Below, one piece after another: positions 30,237-39,834 of a stretch of DNA of 57,076 bases; position 1 is the stretch's first letter, and each line of letters starts with the position of its first letter. This DNA is from a virus (taxonomy: Duplodnaviria; Caudoviricetes). The position numbers and the translations under genes were made by a program. The stretch is from IMG/VR virus record IMGVR_UViG_3300017914_001948, positions 1-57,076 of that record, one strand, 5' to 3'. The notes under the pieces were generated by a model. That model was not told where the DNA came from, searched no databases, and saw only the letters and a program-made list of their open reading frames with translations.

Positions 30237-31688
30237 ATGGCAAAAAGTATCAATCGTAAACTGGCAGAACTTATCGAAGGTGACGGAACTACCGATCTCG
30301 GCGGTGGGGGAACAACTTATTATGACACCCTCGACTCTCTTCCTGTTACTGAATTAACAGCAGGGAATACTGCATTTGTTGAAGAAAACCGTAGACTTTA
30401 TGTTTCTGATGGTAGTGGTTGGTATAATGCCTCTTTTGTTAATAGGGGTCCTCGTTGGGATTCTGGTGGGGAACCTAATGCCTCATACCAGATTGCAGAT
30501 TCTGCAACACCTCTTATTATTACAGCTCGTGCAATTGATAGTGATAATGTCAATTTTATAAATCAAGCAGTTGCTAGTGATTCTGCTCAATATATGGTTG
30601 ATATATCCATTGATTCATCCGTATTCACTTTTACTCCTAAATCTGCAGATAGTATTGGTGCATCTGTGGCATCAGGTGATCTAACAGATTCTAATGGTGA
30701 CTTCATTTATACTTTCAAATGGTCAGATGGTATCAACTTTGTAAGTAAGGCAGTGACCATTACTTATAATCTAATTGCAGATCTTGTAAATTATGGTGAT
30801 AGGGCAATATTCTTTGGTGGTTCAGGTGGTGCAACAAACCAAGAAATAGATTATGTAGATATTACTACACTAGGTAATGCATCAGACTTTGGCGATCTAA
30901 CGGAAGAAAGCCGACATGGTGCTGCTGCATCAAATAGTGTGCGGGGTATGAGATTTGGTGGTCGCACCAACGATAACACCACCAAAGATACTATAGACTA
31001 CGTAACTATTGCATCGCCTGGAAATGCAACCGATTTTGCCAACTTGACTGGGGTTGTACAACAACATGCGGGATTCGGTGACGGCACTTATGCATTTGCT
31101 GCAGGTGGTGGAACTAGTAACAGCAGTTATGGAAATGTAATACAACGTTGGACTGTGGATACTACTAGCGATGCATCAGACTTTGGTGATCAAACCATAA
31201 CTAGTAGAGGTGGTGAAGGAGTTGCATCTAAAACCAGAGGTGTATGGAATTTAGGTCAAAACTCTGTTGGAAATTATATCAACACAATGGAATATATAAC
31301 TACCTCAACCCCTGCCAATTCAACAGACTTTGGAGATATGGTGGTAATTGGTAAAGACCGTGCGGCAGGTTCAAATCAAGTTTATGGAATTTTCGCAAAT
31401 GGATATTCGAATGCGGGTGGCGATATTGATCGTATAACTATTGAAACTACAGGAAATGCTACTGACTTTGGTAACATTGCACATAGTGAAGTCGCAGGAG
31501 GTGGAGCGGGGGCTGCAAACGCAACAAGAATGATTTATGCAGGTGGTAATACACCATCACCCGATTTTACCAAACTCAATATTATTGAATATGTAACAAT
31601 AGCTACGCCTGGCAACGGAACAGACTTTGGTGATCTAACTGCAGCTAGAAATTCAATCTCTGGTGGCACATCAGGTAAAGCAGCATAA
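30237..31688 (+). CDS. Modular fibre/adhesin paralogue (N-module plus GNATDFGD repeats)
   Basis: Start MAKSINRK at 30237; blocks of DNA identity with the 368 and 1843 genes; ends SGKAA. Confidence 0.75.
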   Translation: MAKSINRKLAELIEGDGTTDLGGGGTTYYDTLDSLPVTELTAGNTAFVEENRRLYVSDGSGWYNASFVNRGPRWDSGGEPNASYQIADSATPLIITARAIDSDNVNFINQAVASDSAQYMVDISIDSSVFTFTPKSADSIGASVASGDLTDSNGDFIYTFKWSDGINFVSKAVTITYNLIADLVNYGDRAIFFGGSGGATNQEIDYVDITTLGNASDFGDLTEESRHGAAASNSVRGMRFGGRTNDNTTKDTIDYVTIASPGNATDFANLTGVVQQHAGFGDGTYAFAAGGGTSNSSYGNVIQRWTVDTTSDASDFGDQTITSRGGEGVASKTRGVWNLGQNSVGNYINTMEYITTSTPANSTDFGDMVVIGKDRAAGSNQVYGIFANGYSNAGGDIDRITIETTGNATDFGNIAHSEVAGGGAGAANATRMIYAGGNTPSPDFTKLNIIEYVTIATPGNGTDFGDLTAARNSISGGTSGKAA

Positions 31689-31700
31689 GGAATAAATACC

Positions 31701-31729
31701 TTTACATTATTCTTTTATTGTGATATAAT
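31701..31729 (+). promoter_or_regulatory. Sigma70-type promoter for uvsY (probably leaderless)
   Basis: TTTACA-17-TATAAT with extended TG; ATG 6 nt downstream. Confidence 0.75.
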
Positions 31730-31735
31730 ACACGT

Positions 31736-32182
31736 ATGATTGACTTGAAAAATATACTCCAAATGTGGTCGGAAGACTGCCAGATAAATCAAATGAAACT
31801 AGATGAATCTTCTCGTGTAACTCCTCAGTTACATGCGAAGTATCTAGAACTTTTATCTCAAACAAAACTTATGTTGAAACGTGCAGAGTTTGCACAAAAG
31901 GGGTTGTTGAAAGACAAGTGGTTATATTACAACGGTAAGATGTCAGAAGAAGAACTGAACGAGAAAGGGTGGGACCCTGATCCGTTCAACGGTCTAAAAG
32001 TACTGAAAGGTGAACTGGATTACTACTACGATTCAGATCCAGAAATTCAGAAGTCTGAAGAAAAGATTCAGTATTATAAGACCGTAATTGAGACGCTAAC
32101 AGATATTATAGATAATCTGAAGTGGCGTCATCAGACAATAGGTAATATAATCAAGTGGAAACAATTCGAGTCAGGAAGCTAG
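31736..32182 (+). CDS. uvsY: Recombination mediator UvsY
   Basis: WSEDCQI..LDESS..PQLHAKY, KWLYYNGK, WRHQTIGNIIKWKQFESG. Confidence 0.9.
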   Translation: MIDLKNILQMWSEDCQINQMKLDESSRVTPQLHAKYLELLSQTKLMLKRAEFAQKGLLKDKWLYYNGKMSEEELNEKGWDPDPFNGLKVLKGELDYYYDSDPEIQKSEEKIQYYKTVIETLTDIIDNLKWRHQTIGNIIKWKQFESGS

Positions 32183-33648
32183 ACCATTCCAATCTACTTA
32201 TAGAATCCGACAGTGGTATTGCACAGGAACTGAATGAGTTCTTCTCATTCTTCGTGCCTGGGTATAAGTTTATGCCTGCATTCAAAAACAAACTGTGGGA
32301 TGGAAAGATTCGACTCTTCACTATAAGAGATCGAACACTACCTGTTGGTCTATTCTATCATCTCTCAGACTTTGCAGACCAACGTGGATATGAACTAGTA
32401 TCCGAAGATTCTAAGTATGGTAAACCAGACGACAGAACACGTGTAACCCCAAAACATCTCCAAGAGTTTCTAGACACAATAGACCTACCTTTCCCTCTTA
32501 GAGATTATCAGTTCCAGTGTGTCGGTGAGGCACTGGTTCGTAAACGTGCAATCTTACTATCACCTACTGGATCTGGCAAGTCGTATATGATTTATGCACT
32601 TGCGCAATTCTGGTTGAAGATGTTGTCGAATGGGTTTGGATATCCAAAGGGTGGACGTGTTCTTATCATTGTCCCCACAACATCTCTTGTTGAACAGATG
32701 CACAACGACTTTATAAACTATGGTATGCCTGAACGTGGGATGCATAAGATATACTCAGGTAAAGATAAGTCGGTAGATAGTAGTATTGTTATATCCACAT
32801 GGCAGTCAATATATAAACTTCCGAAGGTTTGGTTCGAACAATTCGGTTGCGTGTTTGGGGATGAGGTACATGGATTCAAATCTAAATCTCTGATGAACAT
32901 TATGAATAAGTGTTCAGAGGCAGAATATCGTTTTGGAACTACTGGTACACTCGACGGATCTCAAACACACGAATTAGTTTTGCAAGGTTTGTTTGGTAAG
33001 ATATACAAAGTAACAACCACAAAGAAACTACAAGACAGTGAAACTCTCGCACCTCTGACTATACAGAGACTCGAACTCAAGTACGACGAGAAAACACGTA
33101 AAGAGTTTGGTAAACAAACCTATCAAGATGAAATAGATTTTATTGTATCACACGATAAACGTAACAAGTTTATTCGTAACCTAGCCACCTCACTTACTGG
33201 TAATACATTGGTACTATATAATTACGTAGACAAACACGGTAAACCACTGTTCAATTCTATCAGAGATAAGGTAGATGAGAATAGGAAAGTTTACTTCGTC
33301 TCTGGCGAAACCGATACCACAGATAGAGAAGCGATTCGAGGAATCGTAGAAAGTGTGGATGGTGCAATCGTAGTCGCCTCTCTTGGGACTTTTTCTACAG
33401 GCATAAATATTAGAAACCTACACAATATTATATTTGCGTCACCAAGCAAATCGCAGGTTAGAGTCCTGCAATCTATTGGTAGAGGGTTGAGAAAAAGTGA
33501 TGATGGAAGGGAAACCACCTTGTACGATATAAGTGATGATATTAGTTGGAAACAAAGGAAGAACTTTTGTTTACTCCACTCTTGGGAACGCAATAAAATA
33601 TACCAAAGAGAACAATTCAAATGTAAGACTTCGGTGATTGAACTATGA
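32155..33648 (+). CDS. uvsW: RNA-DNA helicase UvsW
   Basis: WDGKIRLF, SPTGSGKS, GDEVH, GTTGT, LQSIGRGLRK. Confidence 0.95.
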   Translation: METIRVRKLDHSNLLIESDSGIAQELNEFFSFFVPGYKFMPAFKNKLWDGKIRLFTIRDRTLPVGLFYHLSDFADQRGYELVSEDSKYGKPDDRTRVTPKHLQEFLDTIDLPFPLRDYQFQCVGEALVRKRAILLSPTGSGKSYMIYALAQFWLKMLSNGFGYPKGGRVLIIVPTTSLVEQMHNDFINYGMPERGMHKIYSGKDKSVDSSIVISTWQSIYKLPKVWFEQFGCVFGDEVHGFKSKSLMNIMNKCSEAEYRFGTTGTLDGSQTHELVLQGLFGKIYKVTTTKKLQDSETLAPLTIQRLELKYDEKTRKEFGKQTYQDEIDFIVSHDKRNKFIRNLATSLTGNTLVLYNYVDKHGKPLFNSIRDKVDENRKVYFVSGETDTTDREAIRGIVESVDGAIVVASLGTFSTGINIRNLHNIIFASPSKSQVRVLQSIGRGLRKSDDGRETTLYDISDDISWKQRKNFCLLHSWERNKIYQREQFKCKTSVIEL

Positions 33649-34100
33649 ATTTGAGACAATTTAGACTTTCAAATAATGATGAGATCGTTGCAGATATTAT
33701 CGAAGTTGTCGAAGAGGGTGACATTGTAATTCGTAATGTACTAAAGATCTTTGCTGCAGAAGATTTTGAAAATGATGTTCGTTACTATTCTTTCAAACCA
33801 TGGGTATCCTTTCAAGATGATTTGTCTAAGATTTCTGTTCTAAATGTTGGACACATTATCGTAGAGAATGAACCGTCAGAGGCATTGTTGAACCATTACT
33901 TATCTGCACTTGCACAAATTCAGAAGGCTACTAATCGTGCGTCTTTTGACATTGAAAAATTGCAGAAAGAATCTGAAGGGATGGATGATGATGAACTCAG
34001 AGACTTCTTACGTGATAAAATTGACAACTGGGAAATGATGACTGATTCTGGTGATGATAATATAATTGCCTTCCGCCCTTCTAAAGATAAAATGCACTGA
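33645..34100 (+). CDS. Conserved-type hypothetical protein between uvsW and gp55
   Basis: 151 aa, ATGA overlap with uvsW; the position is typical of marine T4-likes. Confidence 0.7.
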   Translation: MNLRQFRLSNNDEIVADIIEVVEEGDIVIRNVLKIFAAEDFENDVRYYSFKPWVSFQDDLSKISVLNVGHIIVENEPSEALLNHYLSALAQIQKATNRASFDIEKLQKESEGMDDDELRDFLRDKIDNWEMMTDSGDDNIIAFRPSKDKMH

Positions 34101-34133
34101 GGGTATATCCCCACTCTCAGCAACAACTCTTTA

Positions 34134-34161
34134 ATTATACACTATTTTTCAGATTTGTCAA
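34134..34161 (-). promoter_or_regulatory. Minus-strand sigma70-consensus promoter with no downstream ORF
   Basis: Reverse strand reads TTGACA-16-TATAAT (+ strand TGTCAA 34156-61, ATTATA 34134-39). Confidence 0.55.
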
Positions 34162-34206
34162 CCCCCTAATTTATCTTTTTTTCTATTTCAATCAAAAAAA
34201 TACTAT

Positions 34207-34235
34207 TTGATATCCACGAGTGTTTGTGGTATAAT
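34207..34235 (+). promoter_or_regulatory. Sigma70-type promoter for the gp55 operon
   Basis: TTGATA-17-TATAAT with extended TG. Confidence 0.75.
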
Positions 34236-34256
34236 AAGGTATTGAAAGGAAATAAT

Positions 34257-34850
34257 ATGGCAAGAAGAAATAAACAAAGCGCACATTATGTCAACAATGC
34301 AGATTTTTCCAATGCAGTTGTCGAATATGTCAAAACGGTAAATGCCGCTAAAGATGAAGGGAAAGAACTTCCCAAGGTGCCAGATTATGTCGCTCAATGT
34401 TTTCTAAGTATTGCAGAGGGTCTATCCCATAAGTCAAACTTTATTCGTTACACATACCGTGAGGAAATGGTAATGGATGCAGTTGAGAATTGTTTGAAGG
34501 CGATTGAGAATTATGACATTGCTGCCGCTACACGGACAGGTAAACCAAATGCGTTTGCATACTTTACACAAATTACATGGTATGCATTCCTGCGTAGGAT
34601 TGCCAAAGAAAAGAAACAACAAGATATCAAACTAAAATATCTGACACGTTCAGGTATTGAAAGTTTTGTTGATGGTGACTTCGATGATGCCACTATGGGT
34701 GTTGTTGGTTCTTTCGTAGATACTCTACGTGATCGTATTGATCGTGTTCGTCATATGGACACAGAGGTAAAAGAACTGGTCAAAGAAGAGAAAGAGAAGA
34801 AGAAACGTGCAGTCATTGTAGACTCTGACTTGAAAGGGTTTATGGAGTGA
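34257..34850 (+). CDS. gp55: Late sigma factor gp55
   Basis: HYVNNADF, IAEGLSHKSNFIRYTYREEMVMDAVENCL, NAFAYFTQITWYAFLRRIAKEKKQ; start after AAGGA. Confidence 0.95.
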   Translation: MARRNKQSAHYVNNADFSNAVVEYVKTVNAAKDEGKELPKVPDYVAQCFLSIAEGLSHKSNFIRYTYREEMVMDAVENCLKAIENYDIAAATRTGKPNAFAYFTQITWYAFLRRIAKEKKQQDIKLKYLTRSGIESFVDGDFDDATMGVVGSFVDTLRDRIDRVRHMDTEVKELVKEEKEKKKRAVIVDSDLKGFME

Positions 34851-35908
34851 AGATTGCAATTTTGAATGATACTCACTGTGGTATTCGTAACTCGTCTGAT
34901 ATCTTTCTAAAGAACGCAGAGGATTTTTTTGGTAATGTATTTTTTCCGTACTGTGAAGAACATGGTATTAAGCAAATCGTTCACTTGGGCGATTACTATG
35001 ATCATCGCAAGTTTGTTAATTTTAAAGCTCTCAACCATAATCGTAAACACTTCCTAGATCGTATGCGTGAATTGGGTATGCATATGGATATTATTCCAGG
35101 CAACCATGACACGTTCTATAAAAATACGAATGATTTGAATTCTCTGAAAGAGTGTCTTGGACATTACATGAATGAGATCCACATCATTATGGAACCTACG
35201 GTGATGGACTATGATGGTTTCAAACTTGCAATGTTACCTTGGATTACATCTGAGAACTACAGCGAGTCTATCAAGTTCATTCAGAATTGTAAGGCAGACT
35301 GGTTGGGTGGCCACCTAGAACTAAACGGATTTGAAATGATGCGTGGGGTTCGTAATACACATGGTATGGATCACAAAATATTCAATCGTTTTGAGAAAGT
35401 TTTGACTGGTCATTACCACGTTGGTTCGATGCAGGATAACGTACATTATCTTGGATCTCAAATGGAGTTCTTTTGGAGTGATGCAGATGATCCAAAATAT
35501 TTTCACGTTCTTGACACGGACACTAGGGAACTCGACAGAGTTCGCAATCCTTATACTCTTTTTCATCGGGTTTATTATGACGATGAGCGGAATGATTACT
35601 CTGATTACGATGTCTCTCAGGCTGATGGGAAGTTCGTAAAAATTGTTGTAGTAAACAAGAAAAACCTCTTTACATTTGATCGATTTGTTGATAGAATACA
35701 AGATAGACCAATACACGAACTGAAGATCGCAGAGAACTTTGATGAGTTTATTGGTGAGAATGTAGGAGATGATGAGATTGCGTTTGATGATACGACAACG
35801 ATTGTTGATTCTTATGTTGACGGTGTGGATACAGATCTGGACAAGGATCGTATCAAGATTCGTATGCGTGAACTCATGACAGAAGCACAAGCGCTAGAAG
35901 TAGTATGA
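34847..35908 (+). CDS. gp47: Mre11/SbcD-like recombination nuclease gp47
   Basis: DTHCG, LGDYYD, GNHD, GHLE, GHYH metallophosphoesterase motifs. Confidence 0.95.
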   Translation: MKIAILNDTHCGIRNSSDIFLKNAEDFFGNVFFPYCEEHGIKQIVHLGDYYDHRKFVNFKALNHNRKHFLDRMRELGMHMDIIPGNHDTFYKNTNDLNSLKECLGHYMNEIHIIMEPTVMDYDGFKLAMLPWITSENYSESIKFIQNCKADWLGGHLELNGFEMMRGVRNTHGMDHKIFNRFEKVLTGHYHVGSMQDNVHYLGSQMEFFWSDADDPKYFHVLDTDTRELDRVRNPYTLFHRVYYDDERNDYSDYDVSQADGKFVKIVVVNKKNLFTFDRFVDRIQDRPIHELKIAENFDEFIGENVGDDEIAFDDTTTIVDSYVDGVDTDLDKDRIKIRMRELMTEAQALEVV

Positions 35909-37620
35909 TACGTTTTGAAAAAGTACGGTGGAAAAACTTTCTATCCACTGGTAATAAATTTACTGAGATTGATTTGGGTGCGCACAAGACTACACTTGTT
36001 GTAGGTCACAATGGTGCAGGCAAGTCAACAATCTTGGATGCATTGTCATTCGGGTTGTTCGGTAAACCACATCGCAATATCAATAAGGGACAGTTGGTAA
36101 ACTCAATCAACAACAAGGATACTGTAGTTGAGGTTACGTTCTCTATTGGTTCAAACCAATTCAGAGTGATGCGTGGTATCAAACCAAATCTATTTGAGAT
36201 TTGGAAAAATGGTACTATGATCAACCAATCTTCTCATGCAAAAGAATACCAGAAGATCCTTGAACAAAATATTCTCAAGTTGAACCACAAGTCATTCCAC
36301 CAAGTAGTGGTACTTGGTTCTTCATCTTTCATTCCTTTTATGCAGTTGGCTGGTGGTCATCGCAGAGATGTAATTGAGGATCTTCTGGATATCAATATCT
36401 TTTCTAAAATGAATACTATTCTAAAAGAAAAGAATTCTCTTTTGAAAGACAAGTTGAAAGATCTTGACTATGACTTAGAGATTACGAAAGAGAAGATCGA
36501 ACTTCAGAAGAAATACATTCGTGAAGTTGAGGAACTGAGTAATGATCAGATTGAAGAAAAACAACAAGAAATCTTGCAAGCGCAGGTATCTATCAGTGAA
36601 CTCAACGATGAGAATGTTGGTATCACAGAAGAAGTCGAGAAACTGCAAGAAGGATTGCAAGACGGTCTTGACAAGAACAATTCGAAAAAGCAATCTCTCC
36701 TTCAGTATAAGGCTGAGTTCAATCAAAAAATCAAAACCCTTGTCAAAGAAAGTAAATTCTACGAAGAGAACGATACGTGTCCCACGTGTTCCCAAGATAT
36801 CGGTGAGGATCTTAGATCAGGTAAGTTGCAATCTGCAAAGACTAAGGCGAATGAACTACAGAAGGCATTGGATGATGTCGCTGAACAATCGTCTGTTGTT
36901 GAATCAAATCTTACAAGGTTCAATGAGATTGCCGCAACCATACGAGACAAATCATCCACACTTTCTTCTAACAATAAAGAAATCTCACGGTTGCAAGGAC
37001 AAGTGCGAAATCTTACCGATGCCATCAATAAGATACAGGGAAGTGATGGGGATGCTGTAAAGTCTAAGGAAGATCTAGATATTTTAAATAAATCAAAAGA
37101 ATCAATCTTCGAAGAAAAGATTCTTGCGAATGAAGAGTATTCATACAATAGTGTGATGGTTGAGATGTTGAAGGACACTGGTATCAAGACAAAGATTATC
37201 AAGCAGTACCTACCAGTTATCAACAAACTAACTAATCAGTATCTACAGATCCTAGACTTCTTTGTTCACTTCAATCTAGACGAGAGTTTCGCAGAGACAA
37301 TTCGTTCTCGTCACAGAGATGCGTTTACTTACGATTCCTTCAGTGAGGGTGAGAAACAACGTATCGACTTGGCCCTGTTGTTTACTTGGAGACAGATTGC
37401 TAAGATGAAGAACTCAGTCGCAACAAACCTATTGTTGTTGGATGAGACATTCGATTCGTCTTTGGATCACGAGGGTGTTGAGAACCTACTGAAGATTCTA
37501 CACACACTGGATGATGACACGAATGTATTTGTAATATCACATAAAGGTGAAGTTCTTGATGGTAAATTCGATTCTAAGATTGAATTCAAGAAAGAGAAAA
37601 ACTTCAGCAAAATGTGTTGA
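35905..37620 (+). CDS. gp46: Rad50/SbcC-like ATPase gp46
   Basis: GHNGAGKS, CPTC zinc hook, FSEGEKQRIDL, LLDETFD. Confidence 0.96.
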   Translation: MIRFEKVRWKNFLSTGNKFTEIDLGAHKTTLVVGHNGAGKSTILDALSFGLFGKPHRNINKGQLVNSINNKDTVVEVTFSIGSNQFRVMRGIKPNLFEIWKNGTMINQSSHAKEYQKILEQNILKLNHKSFHQVVVLGSSSFIPFMQLAGGHRRDVIEDLLDINIFSKMNTILKEKNSLLKDKLKDLDYDLEITKEKIELQKKYIREVEELSNDQIEEKQQEILQAQVSISELNDENVGITEEVEKLQEGLQDGLDKNNSKKQSLLQYKAEFNQKIKTLVKESKFYEENDTCPTCSQDIGEDLRSGKLQSAKTKANELQKALDDVAEQSSVVESNLTRFNEIAATIRDKSSTLSSNNKEISRLQGQVRNLTDAINKIQGSDGDAVKSKEDLDILNKSKESIFEEKILANEEYSYNSVMVEMLKDTGIKTKIIKQYLPVINKLTNQYLQILDFFVHFNLDESFAETIRSRHRDAFTYDSFSEGEKQRIDLALLFTWRQIAKMKNSVATNLLLLDETFDSSLDHEGVENLLKILHTLDDDTNVFVISHKGEVLDGKFDSKIEFKKEKNFSKMC

Positions 37621-37645
37621 CATTTACCAACTGTTGTGGTATAAT
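37617..37645 (+). promoter_or_regulatory. Sigma70 consensus promoter for gp45
   Basis: TTGACA-17-TATAAT with extended TG. Confidence 0.85.
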
Positions 37646-37674
37646 ATAGACAATATAATCACGGAGAACATATT

Positions 37675-38352
37675 ATGGAATTACAAGAACAAACACTAAA
37701 CGTTCTTAAAAACTTTTCGGACATCAATCCGAATATTCTTATCAATGAAGGTAACATTGTCAAGACGATTAGTGAGGCAAAGAACGTACTCGCTACTGCA
37801 GTCGTAGACAATGAGTTTACTCAGAAGTTTGGCATTTATGATTTGAAAGAATTTATAAGTGTCTTGAATTTGGTTGACCAACCTAATCTAAAGTTCGCTG
37901 ATGAATCTGTTACTGTGAGTGATCAGTCTGGTCGATCAAAGGTTCGGTATTTCTTCTCACCAGAAGAAACACTGACATCACCCCAGAAAGATATTAAGAT
38001 GCCAGAGTGTGAAGTTCGGTTTGAACTGAACGGTGACACCTTGAATAAACTGCGTAGTGCTGCAAATGCACTTGGACACAGTGAAGTCGCAATCACTGCA
38101 GGTGACGGCGTCTTGATTCTTTCTGTGGTTGATAATGAGAATGCGACATCAAATACTTATTCTATTGATGTTCCTTGTATCACAAAACCAGATGAACCAT
38201 TTAAGTTTGTGATAAATATCTCTAACCTCAAAATCATCCCAGGCGACTATGAGGTGGGGATCTCATCTAAACTGATTAGTGAGTTCTCTAATAAAGAAGT
38301 AAACGTCCGTTACTGGATTGCCCTTGAAAAGACATCAACATTTGGAGTATAA
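37675..38352 (+). CDS. gp45: Sliding clamp gp45
   Basis: LKNFSDINPNI, FGIYDLKEF, NLKIIPGDYEV, YWIALE. Confidence 0.95.
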   Translation: MELQEQTLNVLKNFSDINPNILINEGNIVKTISEAKNVLATAVVDNEFTQKFGIYDLKEFISVLNLVDQPNLKFADESVTVSDQSGRSKVRYFFSPEETLTSPQKDIKMPECEVRFELNGDTLNKLRSAANALGHSEVAITAGDGVLILSVVDNENATSNTYSIDVPCITKPDEPFKFVINISNLKIIPGDYEVGISSKLISEFSNKEVNVRYWIALEKTSTFGV

Positions 38353-38355
38353 AGA

Positions 38356-38562
38356 ATGTCTAATGATCAAATGAATGAGTTGATGAAACTCGCAAATAAT
38401 GTATCACGTTCAACTGTTGCGGTTGTAGATGCAATCACACAGCGTGGTGGGTTCAAAGGTGAAGAACTATCCACTATTGGTCAGTTGCGTGACCAGTCTA
38501 TCCAAGTCATTTCTCTTGTAGAGAATATGCAACAAGACATGGCAATGGAGACCGAAGAATAA
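38356..38562 (+). CDS. Hypothetical protein
   Basis: 68 aa with GGAG RBS; VDAITQRGGFKGEELSTIG. Confidence 0.7.
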   Translation: MSNDQMNELMKLANNVSRSTVAVVDAITQRGGFKGEELSTIGQLRDQSIQVISLVENMQQDMAMETEE

Positions 38563-38564
38563 TA

Positions 38565-38592
38565 TTGACATTCTAACTCAATTTGATATAAT
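38565..38592 (+). promoter_or_regulatory. Sigma70-type promoter for gp44
   Basis: TTGACA-16-TATAAT with TG. Confidence 0.7.
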
Positions 38593-38615
38593 GTTTTTTT
38601 GTGATGGAGTTTTGA

Positions 38616-39551
38616 ATGGACCAATTTCTTTGGGTGGAAAAGTATCGCCCACAAACTATTGACGATTGTATCTTGCCTAGTGCAATGAAAGATACTTTCA
38701 ATAAGATTGCAGAATCTGGTGAACTACCTAATATGTTGTTCACTGGTACTGCAGGCCTTGGTAAGACAACAGTTGCCAAGGCACTATGCAACATGCTTGA
38801 TCTAGACTTTATTGTCATCAACGGATCTGAAGAAGGCAATATCGACACTCTCCGTGGTAAGATCAAGCAGTTTGCAAGTACAGTCTCACTTCAAGGTGGT
38901 TACAAGGTTGTGATCCTTGATGAGGCTGACTATCTGAATCCACAGTCAACACAACCTGCTCTTCGTGGTTTCATTGAAGAGTTTGCCAACAACTGTAGAT
39001 TCATACTCACTTGTAACTTCAAGAATCGTATCATTGAACCTCTGCACTCACGGTGTGGTGTGTATGAGTTCAATACGACTAAGAAGGAACTTGCCAACCT
39101 TGCCGCCCTCTTCTTCAAACGGTTTACTAAAATCCTTGATGAAGAAGGTGTTAAGTATAAAAGTAAACCTCTTGTAGATTTAGTTATGAAACACGCCCCA
39201 GACTGGCGGAGAGTCTTGAATGAAGGTCAACGTTATTCGTTGACTGGTATGATTGATGAAGGTGTGTTACATACAACTTCTGACAAAAACTATGATGATT
39301 TGTTCACCCACCTAAAAACAAAAGATTTCAAAAAGATGCGATCTTGGGTGGTAAACAATATAGATACTGATGCGTCTGCAATTTTTAGAGGCATCTATGA
39401 TCGTATGGCGCAGAAGGTAACCCCTTCTTCCATTCCACAACTCGTTCTTATTCTGGCAGATTATCAGTACAAGAATGCATTTGTGGCAGATCACGAACTC
39501 AACGTAGTTGCATGTCTTACAGAGGTTATGGCAAATGTCGAATTTACTTAG
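38616..39551 (+). CDS. gp44: Clamp loader large subunit gp44
   Basis: LWVEKYRP, GTAGLGKTT, ILDEAD, FILTCN, PLHSRC. Confidence 0.96.
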   Translation: MDQFLWVEKYRPQTIDDCILPSAMKDTFNKIAESGELPNMLFTGTAGLGKTTVAKALCNMLDLDFIVINGSEEGNIDTLRGKIKQFASTVSLQGGYKVVILDEADYLNPQSTQPALRGFIEEFANNCRFILTCNFKNRIIEPLHSRCGVYEFNTTKKELANLAALFFKRFTKILDEEGVKYKSKPLVDLVMKHAPDWRRVLNEGQRYSLTGMIDEGVLHTTSDKNYDDLFTHLKTKDFKKMRSWVVNNIDTDASAIFRGIYDRMAQKVTPSSIPQLVLILADYQYKNAFVADHELNVVACLTEVMANVEFT

Positions 39552-39834
39552 TCTATATACGCAGAATAATTGTCCCTTTTGTGTCATCATGAAAGATAAA
39601 CTTGATGACTGGGGGATGAATTATGAAATAATTAATATTTCTGAAGATGCAAGTGGTAAAGAGTTCCTGAAGTCAAAGGGACATCGTACAGTTCCACAAT
39701 TGTATTTCAAAGATGTTTTGTTGAATACTGTGGATACTGTAGAGTTTACCTTAGAGAATCTATTGTGGGAGATGCGTGAAAGTGTTCCCTCTAAATTTCC
39801 CTGCGAAGATTCTGGTGTTGAGGATATGTCGTGA
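39535..39834 (+). CDS. Glutaredoxin (NrdC/NrdH-like)
   Basis: YTQNNCPFC and HRTVPQLY motifs. Confidence 0.85.
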   Translation: MSNLLSLYTQNNCPFCVIMKDKLDDWGMNYEIINISEDASGKEFLKSKGHRTVPQLYFKDVLLNTVDTVEFTLENLLWEMRESVPSKFPCEDSGVEDMS

